This document shows positions 29,116 to 38,275 of a DNA stretch of 64,000 bases, in pieces. Within the stretch, counting starts at the first letter, position 1, and every line of letters begins with the position of its first letter. Position numbers and translations under genes: made by a program. Source of the stretch: a virus; IMG/VR virus record IMGVR_UViG_3300045988_135167. The stretch is one strand, 5' to 3'. Below the pieces are notes generated by a model, which had not been told where the DNA came from, made no database searches, and saw nothing but the letters and a program-made list of their open reading frames with translations.

Positions 29116-29390
29116 TCTCCTACCTCCCTGGATTCAGGTGTCAACAACTTTTTAAGAGGGCCTCCCGGATGAAGGCGGCCACGCCTCCACCACCCCGCCC
29201 TACATCCATATATTCCAAGTGTTTTTATTAGGGGTTGGGGTCCGAATCAACGGCCGGGAGATTTGAAAAACTTCTGGTTGACTTTCCTCCTGTTTTGCTT
29301 ATGATTGCTTCAGACCATTTGATTAGCGGTCTTCATAAATTAGTTGGATTCCTGAGACAGGAGGCGTTGTGAAACGTCTCCTGTTTCTGC

Positions 29391-32318
29391 TTACATGAAC
29401 AGGGCCAGTTCCTCTTCGGCCTGTTCGGGCGTGTACAGCTCCCCTTTCTCCAGGGCCAGCCGCCCCTTTTCCACCAGGGCTTCAAAGTATCTGCGGGGCA
29501 GGATTCGGCGCAACTGGACGGCCGATTTGTTGAACTTGCGCACATAATTCAGGTCTTCGGCTTCCACGCCGAAATAGCTCCGCACCGACTTGAAGAAGGC
29601 GTTTGAGGTCTTGCGGCCGTTGTCCACGCGGGTGCTGTCGTCCCCGGTGGCGCGGAGCAGGGTTTCGATGATGTTCTTGGCCATGGTGAACTTGTAGGGA
29701 AGGAACCGCTCCACAGGTTCGGAAAGTCCGGGGACCTCCCAGTCCTTTTTAATGTACACCAGGTAGGGAACCAGATGGGCGAACTGGGAGGGGATCACCG
29801 AGTTCCTGGTATTGTTCAAATCAGTCAGCGGCTCCAGCGAAGCAAAGCTTAACTTTTCCGAAGCTTCTTCGGAGAGGTAGCGAATCTGCGCCCAGAACTG
29901 TTGCTTGTCGATGTGGGACATTTTGACCATGTCCACGCTGGAGATGTTGATGACAAAGTACCGCCGGGTCCCCGTGTCATCGGAAAGGAACTTCTCCTGG
30001 TTAGTCGTTCCAATGAAGCTGGACTGCACGGCCAGCTCCAGCTCCTGCCTCCCATAGGGAGGCCGCACCTTGACGTGCGACTTGGAAATCAATGCCTTCA
30101 ACGCACCCTGCTTCTCTTCGGTGGAGAGCATGTTTTCCAGCTCTTCAAAGTGGATGACCACCGTGGAGGAAAGCTTCATCAGGGTGTCCTTGCTCTTGGG
30201 GTCGCATTCGGAAACTTCATCCAGCAGAGAGCCGAACTTGGAAAAACAAGCGGACACCCAGCGGTTCTTCCCCTTGCCCTGCGGACCGTTGAGAATGAGA
30301 AGGGCTGTCTGGGGAACCTCGCGGGAGTCCAGCATGTTATTGGCAAACAGGACGCGCCGCCACAAATTGATGAACCACACATAGAGAACCGAATCGGTGA
30401 ACCCGCGGGTCAACTCCTTGGACGGATCAAAGAACGGGCACTGGGAAAGGTCCGAAGCTTCCACGTTGGAAATGTCCATCTCCCAGTCGGGATTCAGGAC
30501 CAGGGAATGAAAGACTTCAGTCACCCGGTCCTTGCCGTCCCAGGGCTTCTCATAGGCCATGGCCATCAGCGCATGGAACTTGGTGCGCTGGGCAATGTAG
30601 CGCAGGTGGTGCATGACCTGCTCATTGTTGGGCTTGGGGAAGAAGTCATTGATCCGGGAGTAAATGGAAGAGAACATTTCATTGTTCAAGTCATATACCG
30701 TCCCCCGGTAAGTATCAAAAAGCATCAGACATTTATTGCTTATATCAAGATAAGGAATGATATTCAAGCAGTTGCGAAGAAACCAATCCAGATTGACCAT
30801 GTTAAACACGGGCTTTCCGTACTTGAGTTCATGGAAAACCCGGTTCTCCTGGACAGTCTGCGGGTCTTCCATGTCATCGGCCTTCTTCAAATCCTTTTCG
30901 GAAGAGGGAACCACATCCGGGAACCAGCCGACGTAGTAGGGAGGAAGGAACTTGAAATCTTCAAACGACCTGCGCGGGGCCTGGTAAATGCGCGAAAGCA
31001 ACGGGGTTGTCCGGTAAGACAGTTCCTCTTCGCCGCCAATGGCCTCCAGCGATTCATAGGATGCAATGAACGCCCGCCAGTAATCGGACATGTTCATCGG
31101 GACCAGCTTGTCGTCGTAGCAGGAAGCATGGAAGCAGTTCCAAATAGCAAATAGCTGGTTGTCGGCACTGATCTGCACGGACAGGTCGGTATCGGCTCTG
31201 GCCCCCTTGCACACGTCCTTGCAACAGGGGCACCAGGAGACATAGCGCGTCGGGTCCCCCGGTTTTGGCTTCATGTTCAAAACAGCCTCTTCCAATTCCT
31301 TTCTCCCGGCCAGCCTCAGCCATCCGGCAAAATCAAGCAGGATTTTGGGCTTGTCCTCCGTGGCTTCCATGGGACGGTCCATGGCTTCACCGCCGCGGAC
31401 TTCAAGGCTCCGGCACATGTACTGCGCCTCGGCCAGCTTGTCCCGGTCAAAGACAAAAGGCTCGCCTCCATTTGAGGCGAACAGGTGCATCTTGCAGGCG
31501 GGGTCGCGGTAGAGGAACTGGAGCCGGGTAACATCGGAACACTTGAGGTCCACGGAAAAACCCTTGGCCTCAATCATGGAAGCCAGATACAGGAAAAGCT
31601 GGCGGTGCAGGGACCACCGAGCCTTGTTGGTTCCAGTATTCAGAAGCTCAACAGTGGCATCGTCCACGCGCAACAGGACCTTGATTCCTCCCGAAGGACT
31701 CTGGAACAGGAAGCAGAATCCGGGGAACTCCGGGGCTTCCTTGCATGCCCTGCGGAAGAGCTTTGCCGGATCGGTTCCATTCGCGTTCTCGCCCAAGTCC
31801 AGGTCAATTCCGAAGAACCCCGAATGCTTCCACGATGCGGGGTTCTCCGCGGCCTGGCGTTTGGGCGAACTCAGGGACTCCTGGGGAATGAAGTACACGG
31901 AGGGAACCAGGGCCGGAAGGCTCTTTTTCATTTCATCCTTATGGGGTTCCCACAGATGAAGCCCCGATTCGTAGAGGGGTGGAAGCACAGTTCCCTGCGT
32001 CAGGGGTCCTGGATTCTTCAGCTTGTTGAAGGCATCCACCTGGAACCCGGCCATCCGCAGGTCAGGAGGCAAGTCCTCGAAAATGCCCGAAAAGAACTTC
32101 TTTAACTGTTTTACATTGATTGTGCTTGTGTTGTAGCACGCTCCGGCGGTTCTTACGATTCCACGGTCATTGACTACTTTCTTCCAGCTTGAGGACCGCA
32201 ACTGGGTCAGGGAAATAGCAGGGAGGGGAGATGGATTCATGGGTTCCAACCTACCCCGATTCATCGGTTGGTCAAGACTAAAAACGGTAGTCAGGGGCCA
32301 TTTTTTATACCCAACCAC
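29391..32318 (-). CDS. Primase/helicase (D5-like SF3 helicase with an N-terminal primase-like zinc region). The start is uncertain.
   Basis: P-loop LILNGPQGKGKNRW with downstream acidic Walker B region. N-terminal Cys cluster VSWCPCCKD...CFHASC. It is the first gene of the leftward replication block. Confidence 0.5.
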   Translation of the reverse strand: MVGYKKWPLTTVFSLDQPMNRGRLEPMNPSPLPAISLTQLRSSSWKKVVNDRGIVRTAGACYNTSTINVKQLKKFFSGIFEDLPPDLRMAGFQVDAFNKLKNPGPLTQGTVLPPLYESGLHLWEPHKDEMKKSLPALVPSVYFIPQESLSSPKRQAAENPASWKHSGFFGIDLDLGENANGTDPAKLFRRACKEAPEFPGFCFLFQSPSGGIKVLLRVDDATVELLNTGTNKARWSLHRQLFLYLASMIEAKGFSVDLKCSDVTRLQFLYRDPACKMHLFASNGGEPFVFDRDKLAEAQYMCRSLEVRGGEAMDRPMEATEDKPKILLDFAGWLRLAGRKELEEAVLNMKPKPGDPTRYVSWCPCCKDVCKGARADTDLSVQISADNQLFAIWNCFHASCYDDKLVPMNMSDYWRAFIASYESLEAIGGEEELSYRTTPLLSRIYQAPRRSFEDFKFLPPYYVGWFPDVVPSSEKDLKKADDMEDPQTVQENRVFHELKYGKPVFNMVNLDWFLRNCLNIIPYLDISNKCLMLFDTYRGTVYDLNNEMFSSIYSRINDFFPKPNNEQVMHHLRYIAQRTKFHALMAMAYEKPWDGKDRVTEVFHSLVLNPDWEMDISNVEASDLSQCPFFDPSKELTRGFTDSVLYVWFINLWRRVLFANNMLDSREVPQTALLILNGPQGKGKNRWVSACFSKFGSLLDEVSECDPKSKDTLMKLSSTVVIHFEELENMLSTEEKQGALKALISKSHVKVRPPYGRQELELAVQSSFIGTTNQEKFLSDDTGTRRYFVINISSVDMVKMSHIDKQQFWAQIRYLSEEASEKLSFASLEPLTDLNNTRNSVIPSQFAHLVPYLVYIKKDWEVPGLSEPVERFLPYKFTMAKNIIETLLRATGDDSTRVDNGRKTSNAFFKSVRSYFGVEAEDLNYVRKFNKSAVQLRRILPRRYFEALVEKGRLALEKGELYTPEQAEEELALFM

Positions 32319-34080
32319 GATTTTTTAATAGGTGAAAAGTCAGAACAGAAAATCCCAAATAATCTAGTAAGACCCCCATCGTATATAGGGTAAGCGAGAG
32401 GTTAAGATTTTTTGGCTTTCCCAGGATATGACTAAGCGTCAGCGACTTATCGGTTTCCGTTAGTCCGTTAGCTATAAACTCCAATATATACATACGTGAG
32501 AAATGTAGTTATAAAAAAACACATATAGGAATGTCCGCGCGTTAAATGTGTGCGCGGGAGAAAGCCAACCGGAAGCTGAGGGCAAGCCCAAACCCATCTG
32601 TTTTATCCCGCCCTCGCAAAATTGCCCATTCCCGCCATTCTTTCATGTAGGGTGTACACCTAACAGGGCCTTCAGGTATAACTTTAAGCCTCGACCACTA
32701 TCACCATTCACCCTCTCGCATATTTTCAATTTTGGTTCCATCACCCTCCCTGGAACGCCCCTCCGGTGCTTTTCTCCGTGCCAGGGTGGATTCCCGGTTC
32801 GACGGACCCATGTTCCGTTGGCCCGCTCACGTGTACGCGCGACCCTGGCGCAAATCCCGGTTTGTCGTCCTGGCGAATCGTGAACCCGGCTTCAACGATC
32901 CTTCGCTTCAACGCTTCCCCGGTTCAAAACTTCGGCGACCCCATTTCCGGAAAAATGCGAGTTGAGGATTTGGATATGCGCGGCGGGCGGCTGAAGGGGG
33001 AGTGACCGTGGTGGTGTCAAAAAAGTTAGGTGCGACTTTTTTAGAATCATTCCAACATTGAAGCGGTGAATCGGAGCCGCGCCGGGAAAACCAAACGCCC
33101 TACCGTATAGCATAACTCGCTTATACTTAACAGTCTCTTAATCCATACTTCGCATAATATACGTAATGCCAAATCGGTTGCGTGTCCAGTGCATAACGCG
33201 TTGAAGCTTAGAACCTTGAACCCTTTTCCGTTGGCTTTTCGCTTGGGAGAATCTGCGATTCATTGGTTCAACGGTTCGGCGTAGCAAAAGAATCCATTCT
33301 GGAGCTTTACAAAATTGTAAAAAAGAGACTTTTCTTTTGCGCCAAATTGTAAATCCCTACCATTCCGATAGGGATAAACGCTGAAGCGTTGTAACGTAGT
33401 TGCGTTGAATCATTTAGCCACATACCAGAACCGACATATCAATGAATCACGATACGTTGATGCGTTGAATCGTTGAACTGTGGAAGGTCTGCAAGGAATA
33501 AAATTTTATGCTTGAATGTAAAACTTTTCTAAATCCCTATAAACCAATGACTTATAAGGATTTAGAATCACTGAATCAACAATCGGAGCATCGAAAAGGC
33601 ATAAAATTTTATACAATTCGGCTAAAATCATATAAAATTTTATCCAACTGATATTCAATCACTTGGGATAGAATCATGAAAAAACCCATAACGAAGCGTT
33701 GAATCATTGAAGCGTTGAATCGTAGAATCTTGTTCACTTTTTATACGCTTGTATAAAAAGTGACGGGGAAACCGGGAATCATGGAGCCGTGAAACTGGAA
33801 AAAAGTCCAAAATGGAGCCGTGAAACTGAAAAAGAGTCCAGAATGGAGCCGGAATGAGTCAAAACTTTTTATACAAGCGTATAAAAAGTGAACAAGGCTC
33901 ACATGCGAGGGTTGTATGACACAATCATAACCTATTGATACTGAACAGATAATAAAATTTTTGAAGAAAAGGATTGACGTAATAAAAAAAATAATGATAA
34001 AAGATAGTCATCAGCCGAACGAACTACAAACCGACTGAATCCAACAATCAAATACTAAACAATAGAAAGAACCAGCCAAC
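32319..34080. other. Non-coding divergent control region, a candidate replication origin. It contains iterons, palindromes and inverted repeats around a GC-rich structured island.
   Basis: No credible ORF. GCGTTGAATC occurs 4 times (33402, 33462, 33697, 33712) plus degenerate and inverted copies. ATAAAATTTTAT occurs 3 times. An inverted-repeat pair (CACTTTTTATA-n6-TATAAAAAGTG, 33735-33762 and 33866-33890) flanks three 31-bp direct repeats (33781-33865). Confidence 0.6.
32530..33035 (+). ncRNA. Candidate structured non-coding RNA. This is a GC-rich island with many hairpins, and the strand is uncertain.
   Basis: Hairpins at 32534-32558, 32578-32616, 32744-32767 and 32882-32928 (enclosing two CTTCAACG motifs), then an AU-rich stem plus T-run at 33017-33043. 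The translations look non-protein (Pro/Cys-rich, overlapping frames). Confidence 0.3.
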
Positions 34081-34344
34081 ATGAAGAGATACCGATTTGT
34101 GATTTACGCCTTGAAAGGCATTGCAGGCCTGAAAGCGGTTGACTCCCTGGAATGCTCTACGCTTTTGGAAACTATCCGGAAAGGCAAGCATGCCGTTGAA
34201 ACTAAAGGTGAAAGCCTTGTCATGTGGGTCCAAAAATACGAACCGGGTACTGAGCCGTCCGGCTGGCTGACAGTCACTGTGTTCACCCGCAAGGGCGGCC
34301 CGCGCTCCCATTGGATGGAAAAGCCGGACTACTCCCCCTATTAA
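34081..34344 (+). CDS. Early hypothetical protein, 87 aa.
   Basis: ATG 10 nt after AATAGAAAGAACCA. First gene of the rightward block. Confidence 0.45.
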   Translation: MKRYRFVIYALKGIAGLKAVDSLECSTLLETIRKGKHAVETKGESLVMWVQKYEPGTEPSGWLTVTVFTRKGGPRSHWMEKPDYSPY

Positions 34345-34371
34345 CCCTAAACCATAGAAAGACAATAGATT

Positions 34372-34467
34372 ATGACAGAAGAAAATAAAGAAATGGAATG
34401 GGAGACACACGCCCTTGCGAGTCAGGCGGCGGCCCGTGCTAATGCAACCCTTATATGGTGCGTGTGA
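34372..34467 (+). CDS. Small early ORF, 31 aa.
   Basis: ATG 9 nt after CATAGAAAGA. Not in the ORF track because it is under 60 aa. Confidence 0.3.
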   Translation: MTEENKEMEWETHALASQAAARANATLIWCV

Positions 34468-34480
34468 TTTTACCGTTCGC

Positions 34481-34506
34481 CGAATTGTTCCACGTGGAAC
34501 AATTCG
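34481..34506. promoter_or_regulatory. 26-bp perfect palindrome CGAATTGTTCCACGTGGAACAATTCG, followed by the hairpin GGCGAGGTTTTAATCTCGCC (34519-34538).
   Basis: Direct reading. Confidence 0.8.
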
Positions 34507-34572
34507 AGAATCACAAAAGGCGAGGTTTTAATCTCGCCGCATAAATAAGCCAATAGACAGGAAAATCAAATC

Positions 34573-34818
34573 ATGAAGCCTATCATTACATTCTGCAAGC
34601 CGGACCTTTCCGGAAAAATCGCGCCCCTTTGTGGCACGATGGATTCCTATTTGGACGACGGCCGCCGCTCCCTGGAGTCCATTAAACAATCTGCATGGGA
34701 AGAATTGAAGCGACGGAACGCCCATTCAAAAACCAATTATGCCGGGTTTGTCATTTATAATGCCATTTCCTTCCCATGGCGCACCGTGTACAAAACCCAT
34801 GAAGAAATTGAGGATTGA
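34573..34818 (+). CDS. Early hypothetical protein, 81 aa.
   Basis: ATG follows CCAATAGACAGG, a variant of the upstream motif. Confidence 0.4.
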   Translation: MKPIITFCKPDLSGKIAPLCGTMDSYLDDGRRSLESIKQSAWEELKRRNAHSKTNYAGFVIYNAISFPWRTVYKTHEEIED

Positions 34819-34856
34819 ACCTTTAATTTGAAGGAAAAAGCATATATCTTTGAATC

Positions 34857-35054
34857 ATGATAACTTCATATATTCCCCCTTGCCTTCAGCGGTCCGCGCG
34901 TGAATTGGAGCTTGAACTGGCAAAGACCCGGTGGATTCAAGCCGTTGAATACCTGAAAGAAGAAATTGAAAATAACAAGCACGACAAGCGGAAAGTCCGC
35001 GCCTTGCTTCAACGGCTCCGGGATCAATATTCATGGAGGCCTGCTATTTATTAA
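34857..35054 (+). CDS. Early hypothetical protein, 65 aa.
   Basis: ORF. Confidence 0.3.
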   Translation: MITSYIPPCLQRSARELELELAKTRWIQAVEYLKEEIENNKHDKRKVRALLQRLRDQYSWRPAIY

Positions 35055-35194
35055 ATAAAAAATAATGAACAAAAAGCTTGCAATCCGGTTCAAGCAAGCA
35101 TAGATTGAAAGCATCAACTGAGGCGGCCCGCCGCACAGGGCAATCCAAATCCGGTTATCACCGGAAAACTAAAATCCAAACCAAAAACTAATTT

Positions 35195-35608
35195 ATGAAT
35201 ACTAAAGAAAGACGCACAGAAGACCTTCTAAGGGCATTTGGAATTCGATTTTCTAAATTTAAATTAGGTCTTAGAATCCCGCCGCACTGGGGCGACTGTC
35301 AAGATCGTCACATGGAATATTTGGTACGGTTTGAACGATTGAAGCCGCGGAGGGGCGAAAAAGATGTGTTAAACGTTTTATGGTACGCTTCTTTACTGAG
35401 ACCAAATGAATGCACAGCGTTTGACGTTCTGACTACCTTGACTAAAGAAAAGTTCGCCGATTTTGAAGATTTCGCGGATCAACTTGGTATGGATTATTCC
35501 AAAAAAAGTTACAAGCTTTACAACGCCATCCAACAGGAAGCGGAAGACGTGATAGCTTTCTTTTCCCGTGAAAATGAATTGAACTTAATTTCTACCCTCG
35601 AAGACTAA
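35195..35608 (+). CDS. Early hypothetical protein, 137 aa.
   Basis: ORF. Confidence 0.4.
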   Translation: MNTKERRTEDLLRAFGIRFSKFKLGLRIPPHWGDCQDRHMEYLVRFERLKPRRGEKDVLNVLWYASLLRPNECTAFDVLTTLTKEKFADFEDFADQLGMDYSKKSYKLYNAIQQEAEDVIAFFSRENELNLISTLED

Positions 35609-35610
35609 AC

Positions 35611-36066
35611 ATGAATCCATTAGTACAAAGAGAATTAGGCTTGCTGATAGTATCCGTGTCCATGAACCTTGATGGAACGGGAACACTGACTTTTGATCAC
35701 AAGCATCGCGGCATGCTCAAAACCATGTCATTTCCGAAACTGCCGGACGCGCTCAATATGCAGGAACGCATTATTCGTTATACCTGTGAAAAATTGAATA
35801 GGGTCAAGTCTTCAAAAGGGCATGTAGTCAACTTTTTTAGGCTATCTCCTTCTCTTGTCATGGTGAAGGCTCCCATGAACTATTTGACAATGATACAGGG
35901 AGATGGACAAAAGCTTAACGTTGATTATGCGACCGCCTTGTTTGCCGAACTGAAAGAAGGTAGGTTGGTTTCCGATTTTTTCCCGATTCCGGAAGAATTG
36001 GAAGTTGTTTATTACAAGGTGGAAGATGATCATCTTGTCATGGTGATTGAAGATAAGTCACGCTGA
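35611..36066 (+). CDS. Early hypothetical protein, 151 aa.
   Basis: ORF, start overlapping the previous stop. Confidence 0.4.
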   Translation: MNPLVQRELGLLIVSVSMNLDGTGTLTFDHKHRGMLKTMSFPKLPDALNMQERIIRYTCEKLNRVKSSKGHVVNFFRLSPSLVMVKAPMNYLTMIQGDGQKLNVDYATALFAELKEGRLVSDFFPIPEELEVVYYKVEDDHLVMVIEDKSR

Positions 36067-36079
36067 ACCCTTAATCCCT

Positions 36080-36109
36080 CCGGAAAATGTTCCACGTGGA
36101 ACAATCCGG
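36080..36109. promoter_or_regulatory. Palindrome with the perfect core TGTTCCACGTGGAACA (36088-36103) and imperfect outer arms, followed by the hairpin GGCAGGATTAAAATCCTGCC (36131-36150).
   Basis: Direct reading. Confidence 0.75.
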
Positions 36110-36182
36110 GAACCTCAAACCAAATCAAAAGGCAGGATTAAAATCCTGCCACGTAAACAAACCAATAGAAAGAACCAACAAT

Positions 36183-36815
36183 ATGAACGCTAATTCAATT
36201 TATGAACTGGAACAATTAAAGGAAAAAGTCGCGCTGAACCGTTGCATCCTGGAAATCTGGATCGACGTATTGCCTCACATGGACAAATGCTTTAAAACTT
36301 TTCAGGAATGGCTTGAAAAGCACCAAGGGCAAGTGATTAACAAGCGCGTGAATACAGCCATGAAAGAAGCCTTTCGTGGGTTTGATTTCCCGAACTTATC
36401 CCACAAGGAGTTTAGGAATGTTTCCCTGCGAACGTTTGTAGATTTTGAATTTTCCCGTTATCAGGTAAACGCTTTTCAATTTTCTGTTAACATGGAGGTA
36501 ATCTACTCTTTGAAGACTGACGAATTTGGATGTAAATATGATAAAAGTTTTTGGATTAACGAAGACGGTATGACAATCGGCAAGATTGACGTTAATTTAG
36601 TTGAAGGAATTAAAAACATGCGTAGAAAGTTGAAGAAGAAAATCCATGAGGCAAAAGATTTGTTGAATCACTATGAAGACCGCATGGCCGTTCTTGTTCA
36701 AAAAGCGGAAGCATGTCTTCAGGCAATGGAAGACTGGGAGAAAGCAACAAACCTTTTTAATAGCCCGCGCTGCTTTATTGCTGTGGAATCCTGCCCTAAA
36801 TTGAATAAACGTTAA
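36183..36815 (+). CDS. Early hypothetical protein, about 210 aa. The start is MNANSIYELEQ.
   Basis: ATG 9 nt after CCAATAGAAAGAACCA. The upstream extension in the ORF track starts at the ATG inside the palindrome and is an artefact. Confidence 0.45.
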   Translation: MNANSIYELEQLKEKVALNRCILEIWIDVLPHMDKCFKTFQEWLEKHQGQVINKRVNTAMKEAFRGFDFPNLSHKEFRNVSLRTFVDFEFSRYQVNAFQFSVNMEVIYSLKTDEFGCKYDKSFWINEDGMTIGKIDVNLVEGIKNMRRKLKKKIHEAKDLLNHYEDRMAVLVQKAEACLQAMEDWEKATNLFNSPRCFIAVESCPKLNKR

Positions 36816-36875
36816 ACCTTGAACTCGCCGGGGAGCTTCAAACTCCCCCGGCATTGAATAGAAAGAAACCTAGTC

Positions 36876-37397
36876 ATGATCAATCTTCAAAAACCTGTAA
36901 TGGTAAGCAATGAAGCTTTCCTTGAATGCCTGGACATTCCCACATGGGCAATCAATTATTTGGAATATGGGGAGGACGAAACGGAAGAACTTCATCCGGA
37001 CGATTTGGCCCTTGTCGAGTCATTCAGAAGGAAATGGGATCACCTTGAACGAAAATCGGAAGAGTTCTATTCCAACTCTCCGGCGTTTGGTCTTCCGTCC
37101 ACCGTGGAAACATGGGCTTGCATTCCAAAAATCCTTTCCGGGTTTGTCTCCTACGCTCCCCTGAACCGTAGAATCGGCGTAAACGGAAACGTTATTTATT
37201 ACACGCAAAAGGAGAACGGAACCTGGAAGATTGTTTATGGTCTTGCATCCGTTTCCCTGGATGGAAGAAAAACAGTCGGCGTGTGCGTCAATGAAGTCCT
37301 GGAACGGATACGCCTGGCAAAAGATGAACGTGTTAAAGGGTTCATAATCAGAAGTCATAACACAGTTCTTTTTAAATCAAACAAAAACATAGCCTAA
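36876..37397 (+). CDS. Early hypothetical protein, 173 aa.
   Basis: ATG 9 nt after GAATAGAAAGAAACC. A hairpin (CCGGGGAG...CTCCCCCGG) lies just upstream. Confidence 0.45.
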   Translation: MINLQKPVMVSNEAFLECLDIPTWAINYLEYGEDETEELHPDDLALVESFRRKWDHLERKSEEFYSNSPAFGLPSTVETWACIPKILSGFVSYAPLNRRIGVNGNVIYYTQKENGTWKIVYGLASVSLDGRKTVGVCVNEVLERIRLAKDERVKGFIIRSHNTVLFKSNKNIA

Positions 37398-37398
37398 G

Positions 37399-38169
37399 AT
37401 GAAATTGTACTTGACTAAAAACACCGGACGTGAAGAGTTCGCAAATGTTTATGAAGCCTTGCGGTCTTCCTATCCAGAGAAAGTGCGGCGGGAGATTTAC
37501 CCCGTTCAATTCAACTATGAAAATCCAGGGCAAAAGCCGCCTATCCGTATTATCGGCTCTGATCTGGCAGGAACTCCCATTCTGTGCATGGCCATTCATG
37601 AAGATGGAGAACTTACAGGATTCATGAAAAGATACAAGTACCCGGTGAAGCTTCCCTTCATGGCTCGAATTGCGCTAGATGCAGGAGCTACTCATTTTCT
37701 GGGAATCCGGGAACTTCCCATTCACCAGAAGCTTGCCGACCTTCTGGATTTTAAAGTGATGGATGATCCGCAACTTGCCGCCATGAATGCGGTTGCCAAT
37801 TTGTTCACGGAGTCCCGGAAGTCTCCTGATGTGGTTCGGTTTGGTGCCAAAACAGAGAAACGAAATGGCCCGCGGGAACTGTTGAACAATTTCATTCTGG
37901 AAATTGCGGACAATTGCATCGTGCGCCGTCTTGAAAATAGCCGGGAGTCGTTGAAGTCCTATCCGCTGGAAGTCATCGCCCGCATGACCAGCCGCAACAT
38001 TGTTCCACTGATTCCTGAAGATGTGGACTGGGAAACTTTCGTGCGTATTTCCCCCAGGGAAGACCCCGAAACTATCATGGCCGCCGTGTTGCTGGATCGG
38101 GAAGGGGAGTTCCATATCTTTCATGATTATTCCGTGCCTCAGCACGTGGACTTCTCCGCACTGGCATGA
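37399..38169 (+). CDS. Early hypothetical protein, 256 aa.
   Basis: ORF. Confidence 0.45.
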   Translation: MKLYLTKNTGREEFANVYEALRSSYPEKVRREIYPVQFNYENPGQKPPIRIIGSDLAGTPILCMAIHEDGELTGFMKRYKYPVKLPFMARIALDAGATHFLGIRELPIHQKLADLLDFKVMDDPQLAAMNAVANLFTESRKSPDVVRFGAKTEKRNGPRELLNNFILEIADNCIVRRLENSRESLKSYPLEVIARMTSRNIVPLIPEDVDWETFVRISPREDPETIMAAVLLDREGEFHIFHDYSVPQHVDFSALA

Positions 38170-38275
38170 TTCAATACCCCGCCGGGAAGCCTGAAGCTTC
38201 CCGGCATCCTCACCAAGCCAAAAGCAGGCCTCACGGCTTGCCGCGTAAAACAAGCCAATAGAAAGAACCAAACAA

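Noticed and set aside
32776-32815. tRNA or tmRNA-like GGTTCGA segment (cccggttcgacggaccc).
   Set aside because: I could not build a T-arm with a 7-nt loop and 5-bp stem, nor an acceptor stem or CCA context. It is most likely a chance match.
33017-33043. Intrinsic terminator call for the AAAAAAGT-n8-ACTTTTTT hairpin.
   Set aside because: The stem is almost purely A:T and the T-run is part of the stem itself. It is too weak to call a terminator, and is noted only as the 3' boundary of the GC-rich island.
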